A stretch of DNA of 52,186 nucleotides, counting the filler, from Catajapyx aquilonaris (Eukaryota), in NCBI GenBank assembly GCA_000934665.2. It is 2 parts of 2 records of this genome, joined end to end, with 100 filler letters (N's around TTAATTAATTAA, not from the genome) between each part and the next. Parts side by side here need not be neighbours in the genome. Positions count along the whole stretch, not along the records: positions 1 to 26,067 come from JYFJ02005266.1; 1 more part is not named here. One strand, 5' to 3'. The notes under the pieces were generated by a model. That model searched no databases. It was not told where the DNA came from and saw nothing but the letters and a program-made list of their open reading frames with translations. Positions within the stretch are counted from its first letter, which is position 1; every line of letters starts with the position of its first letter. Both the position numbers and the translations under genes were made by a program. Positions 1-10,986 of the stretch are shown in pieces.

Positions 1-467
1 AGTACAAGGCCCTGCCACACTTCTCCTGTGGCGCGGGGGAGCGCCCGTCTGTGATTGGCCGGATAGAAGAGCCATGTTCCTCTGGCCAGACGATTGTGAA
101 TTGCCGGGCAAAGATGGTCAAGTTTCACCCACTTGCCGCCAGATGCCCTCACTCTTCAGTCTGCCGCTCTCACCACGCAAGATCTCTGGTATGTGACTCC
201 ACATTTGGCAACCTTGCTAGAGAGAATGTTCTCCAGTTGCATTTCCTGTTCCTCACCTCGTCGCCGGTCTGCCCCGTATTCTGCCCCGTGCTCGGCCCCG
301 GGTCTGCCCAGTGTCTGACGGAAAGGAGGTGGGTTCTGTTCGGGTCAGTACCAGGGTCTCTCCCCCCAACTCAAAGTCACAGTGCACACTCGATTATTCC
401 AGCACATTCCAGAACACGCCCTAAGCTTAGTGAGGGTTGCTGGTCTCCAGTCGTGTAGTGCTGGACC

Positions 468-3400
468 ATGGCTCGGTGGGATGGGCAGCCGGCGGTGGGG
501 ATCCTTACTGAGGAGGAGCTGCAGCGGAGGGACGCAGAGGCCAGTTCCCAGCTGCAGGTGCTTGGAAACAGGCTTCGCTGGCGGGAGGACAGACGCCAGC
601 CGCACATAGAGCTCGCCATCAAGAAGGAGGTCCTTCGATACCAACAAAGTGCTAGGGGGCTCAACCGTGAAAGAAACTACATCCTGGGGAGGATGAGAAA
701 TCTGTCCCGCATGTCCGAGGTGGAGAGGAAAGTTATGTTCACGGCTGATGTGGGCATTTTGAAGGAATTGACCCGCATGTTTAAAGAGGGTGCCTCCTTC
801 CTGGAGAGGGTGGAGGCCTGGGACGCACTGATTGAGCAGGAGGGCAGCACGTACGGGCAAGAGAAGCGTCGCCTGTGCGTGGCCCTTCTGGACACCCATG
901 GCAACATAAGGGACCTCACATCACTACCAACTGACAATCAGCAGGTGGCACAGGGAAATGAGGATGGGCAAGCTGGACCTTCTCGCAAGGAGGATGAGGG
1001 ACAAGCCAATGGGGATGTAAGTCGTTCATGCAGTTAACCATTTCAGGAACATTTTTACCAAGTGACCAAGGGATTTGATCCGAAGCCTGGTTCTTCCCCC
1101 TTCATCTTTGGCCCCTAAAGCATTTACCCCAAGACACATTTTCCTTTACCACCAATTCCCACTCGGCCAATTTCATTTACCACCAGATGTCCTGGCAGGC
1201 AAAATCTTTGGAACATGGTTTGGCTGGGGGCCAGAGAATCCCACTCAAGGGGTTATTCACGTACATTTTTTGCATACGCGGACTACCCAGACTTCCCTCG
1301 AACTACCTACCCTTAGTGAATAACCCCTTGATCCCACTAGTAGGGGTGTGCCATGTGGGGCTGCGGCTGGCTGGGATCAACCATGGCAACAGCCAAACGC
1401 CCTGATAGCCAATTGTTCTCTGATGCTTCAAAACCATTCTGCAAAAGCAGTTATTTTCTGGGGTGCCAACTTTGTATACTTGCTGCAAAAATTGGGGACA
1501 GCATACGCCATAGAGAATATAGAAGTGGGTGAATTACTTTAATTTCCTTGGCACAAGAATAAACTTTTGGATGTTTACTATTCGTGAGACCCATGGCCTG
1601 TAGAGGCGCTGAAGTAGAATCCAAGATGTCCGGCGGGTGGGGTACTCGAGCAGGTAGGGCATGAGCTTGGCACGAGGCAGGGACAGCAGTAGACAAGGCT
1701 GAGCACATGCAATGTGGACAGGCAGGGAGGAGGGGTACACATGGCCAGAGTGGGCCGGTGGGGCAGACCCCGGGCCGAGACAGATGAGGTAGCCGGTGTA
1801 CCTATGCAAGTAGCTGCGAGAGCGGCGCGACATGATACGGGGCCCAGCCAGTGTGGCTGTAGGGGAGTGGACCCAGACGTGCAGGGTGACATTTGGGAAT
1901 TAATTGCGGCCAAACTAGAGGTAGGAGGAGGGTGACAATGCCCCTGCCGTCGAGAGGAGATTTCGATTGTTCAGGCGACATCCACAAATAAAGCAAATAC
2001 CCACGGGTTATTTTATGAGGGAATTAAATAGGGAATATCTCGGCCAAAACCGCTGGACAAGAGAGGGCTGGTTGACTAACCGTCTGGGTCCAGAATGCAG
2101 AGTGACCTTTGGGAATTAATTACAGCCAAACTAGGATTCAGAAAAGGGTGACAGTGTTCCCATCATTGAGAGGAGATTTCGAATGTCCCGATGTTGTCCA
2201 TAAGTAAAATAAATTCCTACGAGTAATTTTACGAGGGAATTTAATAGTGAATTTCTCCGCAAAAAGTGGGGCTTTGTCTCGGGACGACACGACGACTGCT
2301 ACTTATGGACTTCAAGACTTCCACAAGGAGCAATCCTGCTCATAAAGAATGGTATGACTATGGACGAAATGTTCATCCACAATGCCCAGCAGTTTTTCCT
2401 ACCTTATTTCGATGCGACCTTAAGGAAAACCTTTTCTGGTCCTTGGGTGACTCGGATGACCCATCCCGAATTTAAAATAAAAAATTTTATGACCAAAATG
2501 TTCAACCAGGTATAGTGCTTAAAACTAAACAGCAATCTGACGTCATCAGGGTTTCCATGGAAATACCCTCGCAGAACAATGTAAGTAAACAGTGTCAACA
2601 AAAAGCGTCAATGGAAGAAACGATGACTTCAGATCGTCGATTGGTTTTCTGCACTATACAATGCTCACGTAGATTTAATGTGAATTATCTCCCTAAAATT
2701 TTGCTACTTTGCCTTGATTCCCCTTTCCCGGACTTCCTTGCAACATGCTGGTGACCCAGGGCAGGGGTTGGAACAGGATAAACATTTCGTCCATATTGAG
2801 TCGTACCATTCTTTATGAGCGGTAGGCTACTGATACAATCATAAGAACATCGAGTTTCATCCCACCATGAAAGATAATTTGTTACTTGTCAGTTGTCACC
2901 ACTTGACTCCCTTTTCCATTCCCGTGCATGGCAGGACTCTGACAGTCAACCCCTTGTGTCTGCCATTACTCCGTTCCGTGGCCGTCGCCAGGTGTCACCC
3001 ACTTCTGCGGGTGTTCTACGGTTGCCAATTTGTCACACAAACGATTTCTTGAGCCTCGATAGTGGCCAAAATAAGGTTTAAATTTGAAAGCTAACTTAAT
3101 TTTTCCCAGTTTATTTGTCGTGCAATGAGTATGTTGCTAAATCAGCCGCTGCCGCAGCGACCGCAGTAGTTGAGCGCATTGTTGTTGATTTAATTAACAC
3201 GGGTTGCTAGGCGAAGCGACTTTCGCGTAGGGCGCCTTGTTCCATTTTGCCAGGCGAATGGCAGCCATCTTGGAATAGCGGAACTAGGCAGCGAAAACGT
3301 CAAACTCAGGGAAGATCGACCAATCAGCGAGCTCAGCAGTGCTGACAGCGGCTGCAGCAGCCACTGAGTTTAGCAACGTTCTCAATGTTAGGTTAATTAT

Positions 3401-6400
3401 GAGATACAAAGTTCATTGTACAGTGCTGGACATTAATTCCGTCTTACTGCTAGCAACATTTCCCGATGCGGCACAGGTGCACATCTAAGTGATGGAGTGC
3501 GAGTGAAGCAGTGTTTACACGTGAGCATTTTGATGAGCGAAGTCTTCGCTGAGCAATAACATTGCTGAGTAACCCGAGTAACCAATATTGCGTGAGGTGA
3601 AAGCAGGGCCTATTACTTAGGTCGCGCAACTCCCTCCCCCTATGCGTGAGCTTAGTTGCGCACCGTCTTGGTGCTGCCGTCCTCCACAGAGCACAACTTT
3701 GACGTCACGTTTGGGTGGCTGGCTCTGCGACTTTCCCTACTGACCCAGCTGCATGGTTCAGGTTGGTCCAGAAAAGCGTCCGCCAGAACGTGACCTGAAC
3801 GTGACGTGTAAGTTGTTCTCTGTGGAGCGACGCCAGTGCCAAATAGAACATTCTACCATGGGGGGGAGTGCAACTAAGCTCATGCCCTTCCCCGTATGGC
3901 TAGATAGGGAGTTGCGGGAGGCTGGGTGAAAGTAACAATCTATTTTTGCCTCAACAATATTGGTTACATGGATTACTCAGAGATGTTATCACTCTGTGAA
4001 GACTGTGCTCGTCAAATTGCTCACATGTAGAAGCGGCTTAAGAAATGGTATGCCTTGGGTGATATCACCGGCTGGAGACACGCCTTTTTCTTCATTGCTC
4101 CCAGCCGGCGACGTCACCCAAGGCCAATATTTTGATGCAGCATTTTTCCAGTTTCGCCGGCAACTTGCAATTGCTGTATGTTGCTCATAGAGTATATGAA
4201 GCACATTATAATCCCCACAAGCTACTTGAAACGTGTCATCATGCATTGTTGCAGTGGTCTACATCATTGCGAATGGGGAAGAGGGGTGCATTGGCCAAGT
4301 CCCACGTTGACGACGATTAAGATGCAGGGGAAGTAGATGAGTTTTGCTGCATTGTTTATCCCAGCAACCAGGTGGAAGTGATCCATTGCAATAATAAACG
4401 ATGAGGGTTATTTTAACCTGTAGTGATTGTTGATGGGTGTTTATAATTCGTTGCTGGGGTAAACAAAGAGTGACGTATCCTACCACCCCAGTGAACTGTA
4501 CCACCCTCATCTGACTACAGCAGTGCACAATGGCCTAGTCAGTGGAAACTGCATGTCAACAGTGTGCCGCATTTGTTGCCCATGCCGAGACCTTTATTCT
4601 TGCGTGGCACTGGCATCGTCATTCTGACATGTTCCCTTGGTCCAAGTCTTGTGATGAACCTGCTGAAAAACGTGCCCCAATTCCGCAAAAATGTGAAATA
4701 GATATATGCAAATAAAGGCGACATGTGATCAAGCGATCCGGAATATATTCTCTGGAAAAGGCCTCCCAAGGCCACATGAGCTTCCTAGAATTTTATTACA
4801 GCACGTGGGTTGAATTAAAGAGTGGGCAGACTATGACCTTGCACTTGTTCAGATAAGCTAATGGTCTTGATAAGCTGTACCAGCAATACCTTACATTCAC
4901 GATTCACATAATCACCTCTCCCCCTACATCACCCTCCCTCCCTCAAGTCCATCCCCGCTCAAAATAGCAGGTCAGCTGAGTCATGGAGGAATTCGCACAA
5001 CCTCATCTGCACCTGCCCCCACCTCACCCATTTATCCCACCCATTCCCCCACTGGTCACTTGTCCAGGTCGCATGTGAACCATGTGTTGATACTGTATCA
5101 ATGGCCACTATACCTGTCTTGATACTGGCAGAACCCCTTGCGGTACCAGGGGTCACCGCCTAACTCACCTAGAATTAGTAAACCACCAGATGACAATATT
5201 TTATGCCGTGATTGTACATAAATGCAACTTGGCCTCTAGGCTAATAACGAAAAAGGCTGTGCCCGTTGTGTTGGTGTCATCTGTATGGCTTTGGGGTGAC
5301 TGCACCAATACTGTCCATCTTGTGGCCCTGCCAGGCATGGTATGTCGCCTGTGCATGAAACTTCAGTTGATGCGGCGCTATTATGAGTTTTGAATCTGCA
5401 ACATTTACTGTCCATCTTGTGGCGCCGCAGGCCAAAGAACACTATTGTGGCTTTGCCAACCGTCAACCTGATGCTGATATATGTAATTGTGCCCTTGTGT
5501 TCGATTTTCATTACGAACGATTTGATGCACATCAGCCAATCTCGTTTGGCAACATTGTCGTTGTCCCAAACAACCTGCAGTCAGTTGACCCGCAGACAAA
5601 TGACACAGAAGCCAGTTGACCTGTGGCCAGTTGCCAGGCAGCGAGTTGACCCGACAGCCAGTTGACTTGCAGCCAGTTGTCGTAGATTCGGTTTTTTTGC
5701 TTTAGAAAATTAATTACATCTTGATTTGTCAACTGAGATTTTATTACACATGAAAACAATCATGACATAGACTACGTGAATATTTACATGACAGGTGCAA
5801 CAGTGAAGTCTAAGCCACTCCACCTTCCATATTCACTTTTCTTGAGTCAGTTGGCAGCTAATTGTTTTGGTGCGCAGGAAAATAGGCTGCGCAGGAATTG
5901 GCGATAAAATTCTTTTGGCTGTCAGGGAGGCAACTACCACATTTCATGGAGAGTTAGATCATCTTTGGCTTTGTCTAAGTAAGGTGGTATATCAAGTGGA
6001 CCAATGACCTGAGTGCAGAAGTACAAAATGACCCACCCTTCCAAGTCCTCTTTGGGAAAAGCCCCCTTTTTAAATTCCCAATTTGGCAATATTATTCACA
6101 ACAGCAGATGCAAGGAAGGGCAGATGTTTCATTTTCATTTTTTGAGCAATAGTAGAATTTGATTTATTTTTTGAGATGCCAATTGTTCATCAACTGGAAG
6201 TAATATTAAGACGTCCAAAGTCAAATCGTGACGCCATTCGAACCTATGTACCAAGTGTTGCAAAATAATTTATTTCATTAAATGTGTCTCCTAGTCAAAA
6301 ATAGGCAACTCAAAAAATCAATTGTTACATACCATTGAGTCAAAACCTTACGGAAATGCTCTAACTTTGCATCCTTGGGAAAAAACCACAAAGCTGAGAA

Positions 6401-9400
6401 TTTGAACTGCATTTTTGTACAAAACCGGTATCTTTAACCATGTGTCTCCAGGGGCCATATTTGTGATATTTTAATTATCACAAAAAACAATCCCTATGGA
6501 ATTGTAAAAAAAGGAAAGTAAGATCTAAGCGACGGATAGAAATTGCTGAAACAAGACTGGGCTGCGTAAGATCTTCACCATATGGGTAAATGTAACCCAG
6601 AGATCTTACTTCCGCATTTAACGCTTTACAAGATGGTGTTGATCAAGTCATCTTTGTGCTGGGTGTTAGTATTAGTGATTGTAGGGCTGAGAATAGTATT
6701 CCCAAGGGTGTATAGGCTGGTGTTTTGAATGATGATTGGTTAAATACTTATGACTTGCTAACAGTCTGGTTGGTTGGAGATTGGTTGTTCGGAGGGTTGT
6801 TTTTTTCTTTGTTGTTCCATTGATTAAATGAGGTGCTGGTTGGTTGATTTATTTATTGGTTAATCGATTAGTTGGGGGGCTAGGATGTTAATTGGTTAAC
6901 AGAATGGTTTATTAGACTCTGGATCTTTTAGACAATTTCTAACCTGACATCTTGTAAAACGTTAAATGCGGAAGTAAGATCTGTGGGTTACATTTACCCA
7001 TATGGTGAAGATCTTACGCAGCCCAGTCTTGTTTCAGTAATTTCTATCCGTCGCTTAGATCTTACTTTCCTTTTTTTACAATTCCATAGGGATTGTTTTT
7101 TGTGATAATTGCAGTTATTTTTTGACAAAGCAATATGAACAAGCAGTTATACTCATTAATGTATTCATGTTTAGAAGAGATGCATATTGCATTCGTTGTG
7201 TACGATTAAATTTTTTTTATAATGTTTTGAAAATGGGTATAAATAATTTGCTTACGTATCACATATTTTATTTGGAAACTAAGAAGGATGGGTTGTATCA
7301 GCCTTCAGAGAGGTAGGAGAAATATGCAGACTGCGTCCCTAATCATTATCCTCGGATCCGAATTAGTGGTTATCTGCTGGTCGTTAAAGTGTAGCCAACT
7401 ACCTTCACCCTTCACTAAAGCAGTGTAGTGGTTGTAATTCATTGAGACTCCATGGTGTAATAGGATTGCACTGCTTTTGAATTGCTTGAATCCAATTGAT
7501 ATATGGTCTCTTAGGTCGAAATCTGTTATGCTGGCGTCCGACCTTTCCCCTCCACTTTCAAGGTGCAGGATGAGGCAACCTTGTACGTTTCTTAAAATGC
7601 AGGTCTTGGCAGCTACCCCAGTGCGCTTACAAGACGGGCATGGTACTCCTTCGTCCCTCTGCTGCAACAGGATCAGAGAGAGATACCGCCGAGTTTCCTC
7701 TGCCCCTTCCCATCTGGCGTGGCAGAAGGAACACTCATATTCATCGTGGCATCGGTGAGTGCCCCAGTCTCTTAGGTGTAGGTACAGGCAAATCTTCGAA
7801 CAGGAATTGGATGAACTCTTAAGAGTCTTGCTGTTTCTCCCCGTCGAATCCTCTACCCAGAGCTCTTCTGACCCCGAATGACGAGGGAGCGACGACGTCA
7901 TTAGTGGCCGGTGCCGTTGTGTTGGATACTCTCCTCTTCGCAGGGGGACGCTGAGAAGGTCGGTGTTGTGCGCGAGCTGTTTTTAGGGCCCTTAAAACGC
8001 TGCTGCTTCCCTTCGAGGCCGAGATTCTTGTCCTGAGGTCTGGCTGCGCGAAGAGACATACCAAGGCAGCGTTGGCATAGCAAGAAACATTTGGACTTGG
8101 ATTGTCGAACCCCCTAAGTGATATTTCTGATGCGGAGGAGACTGCATGTGGCCGCTTCGTTGTTTTCCTGGGTAAGAGCAATGGAGGAGAGCAATGGAGT
8201 CTATTGTGTTCCCTCACACAGCTCACGTCGGCCTTGATGCAGCGTTCATCTAGGCGAAGGATGTATAGTCTGCCCAGCGCCTGGACTCTCGAGAGCGCGA
8301 CGTACGCCATTCCTCTTGCGAACACGGACTTGCTGAGGTCCACCAAAGCGGAATCCAGAGTGAGCCCCTGAGATTTTGTGGATGGTGATGGCGTATGCTA
8401 GTATCAGTGGAAACTAAGGGTGCAGTTTAGAGCCGCAAGTCTTCCAGGTTTCTATATATTTTCCGAATCTACTCGATGAGATGAGTCGAATGACACTATT
8501 CCTAGTGTGCGGAAATGCTTGGTGCAAGAGTAATTGAATTTTGAAATTGCAAGTAATAACAATGAATGAATGAAAATAAACAAGTGTTCCTTTGTTGAAA
8601 CAGTTTACTCCCATTGTTGAGTGAATGAATATCCATGGTAATTTTAAACGTAGTTTGGGGGTTGTGTGTTCGCAGAAATACTGTCCGCCTTGTGGTGGCG
8701 TAGATGTGGGTGTTGCGGATGTGGATGTGGCGAAGCCACAATAACGTTCGTTGGCCTGCGGCGCCACAAGACGGACAGTAAATGTTGCGGATACAGAAAC
8801 CCACAATAAGCGCCCAGCTCCGCTATCGCTCCGCAAAAACTAAAAATATCACGCACAGGCACGTGCCTGGCAGGGCCACAAGACGGACAGTACTGGTGCG
8901 GTCACACCAACGCCTCACAGATAACACCAACACAATCAGAGTGGGGCATGCCTTGAGTAAAAGCTTAGGATTCATTTTGTTGGCGGGCAAGAGGCCTCGA
9001 GCAGTGGCCCAGGAGACACCAAGCAACCTCCCTCATTACTTCCAGGGAGGCTTGCCCAATTATTCCTGATAAGCACCGATGCAATGCCTCGGCCATGGAC
9101 GCTCCTGAATGATGTTAAATTAAACTCCTACACTCATCTCGTTCTATGTCCAACGAACCAAGAACAACCGTTTATTTACATCATTCAGCATCCCTCACAG
9201 CACGTTTCCACGGAGAATCACCTGACGCAACAATGGGAGTGAACAGTCTCAACAAAGGAACACTTGTTTACTTTCATTTTATTCATTGTTATTACATGCA
9301 ATTTCAAAATTCAATTACTCGTGAACCACACATTTCCGCACACTAGGAATAGTGCCATTCGACTCAGCTCATCGAGTAGATTCAGAAAATGTATAGAAAC

Positions 9401-10942
9401 CTGCAAGATTCTTGCGGCTCTAAACTGCACCCAAGCCGAAACTGTTTCCATATATATGTTGGAGCCGAGCTCGAACTTGACAACACACCTGCAGATCGAC
9501 TTTTCGTCGTTTGGGATGTTGTCAAAGTTGATCTTGACTGACGAGATGCGGCGGTTATTCTCCATCCTCCAGCCAGACACGGTGCACATTGCGCCGTTCA
9601 CCAGTCCTTCCTGCACGTCGATGTTGTGTCGCAGCATGACGCGGCAACAACCAACTCCCAGGATGAGGACAGTCTCGAGGCCGGCCGTATACGCGAGGCG
9701 TCCTCTCGCAGACTCTCTAGGTGCTTGCTTCCCCTCTTCCAGCCAGCCTTGTTGCCTGCTGTGAGCTTGTCCTCTGCCTCCAGAAGGACAGTATCCAGGC
9801 ACGACGCACGAAGCATACGGTGGTTGAACTCGTGGCACATGTCGTTGGTTGGGACTGGGAGGAGGCACACGGGATTCAATCCTTCTGCCTTGCACCTGCT
9901 GTAGATGCTGACGCATGCTTCGTTGTTGTCTTTGGATGCCAGCGTGGTGCGGACCCTGCTTGCCAAGAGATGGAGGGTTGACTCGGAGACTATAGGCCCA
10001 CTCGCACCTCGGCCAGAAGATGCTGGTAGACGGCCTGCTTCTTATGAATAACCTCCTGATTCTTGCTATTGTACCGAGTTTTTCGGCTCGACTTACCGGA
10101 CATGAATATGAGATGTAACATGATAGGAAGAAGTCACACGTTCCAATTCGCTAACTCAATTCGTAATGTCTGTGGAGGTTAATTTTTATGCTTCGGCCTC
10201 TATAGCAATCAGTTGTGTCAGTTCTATAGAAACGAAATGGTGTGGGTTACGCGAGGTATTTGTTGATATGAGTTGCGTGGCAATTAGAAAATAAAATAAA
10301 CTTAATTTAATTGATTTTTTATTTAATTTTTTATTTAATTTTTTAATTGGCTGTGAGATGAAATAGGCTAATTTGCATAGAGGTTAGGGGGATAAGTTGG
10401 TGCAGTACGGAGGTATGTTCAAAACTTGAAGTCTCTGTGTGCAAGGATAAGGCCTGTAGAGCTCGGCAAAAAATCGTCCCAACAAGGCAAAAAAATTAAT
10501 TGTTGGAAAACTACCTGACGATCTTACTTATAGGGACTATCGTCCCTACAATATCACGTGACAGAATAATGTTTTAAAATTCATTGGTATCATCCCGATG
10601 GGAATTTTTTCACCATTGCCTTATGTAACTCTTCTAGTTTCTACTTGTATGTTCATGAGCATTTAACCACCTGCGTGAAATTTTTAATGTCATGACGTCA
10701 TAGGCCAAAGGTCTTGTTCATTGTAAACAAACACTTACTGCACGAATTTATATCGACATAGCTCCTTGCTGCATGTTTCACAATGGTAAAGTGGACATGC
10801 AGCTGCTACTTACTTTTCGCCCGGAGAAAAAATCAGAAAGATCTGTCGAGGGTAGGCAAACTCCCCTGCCACCATTGCAGCCGTAAAAAGTGTCCTTGCT
10901 CCTGATTTTCCAGGCCGAGTGCTCCAAGCTGGGGGGGGGGGN

Positions 10943-10986
<44 letters not shown>

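Larger units (their letters stand above)
6192..10551 (-). mobile_element. Internally deleted Helentron/Helitron2-like rolling-circle element
   Basis: Contains a PIF1-family helicase remnant on the - strand. Candidate subterminal inverted repeats TAAGACGTC (6207-6215) / GACGATCTTA (10517-10526), followed by hairpin TAGGGAC-TATC-GTCCCTA (10531-10548). Boundaries are inferred. Confidence 0.6.

Noticed and set aside
345..899. 184-aa - strand ORF
   Set aside because: Antisense shadow of exon 1; not maintained in the paralog.
1040..3000. Degenerate LTR-retrotransposon gag/protease on the - strand with a PBS-like TGGCGAC at ~2990
   Set aside because: The zinc-knuckle match is poor, the protease-like start overlaps intron sequence shared with the paralog (1032-1066 vs 24008-24044), the PBS match is only 7 nt, and no LTR pair was seen.
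5578..5682. CRISPR-like array
   Set aside because: Units are ~15 bp with no unique spacers, no cas genes, and the context is eukaryotic.
8414..9346. Several 70-170 aa ORFs, also repeated at 21730-22889
   Set aside because: They fall within the Merlin-like MITE, frames differ between copies, and there are no transposase motifs.
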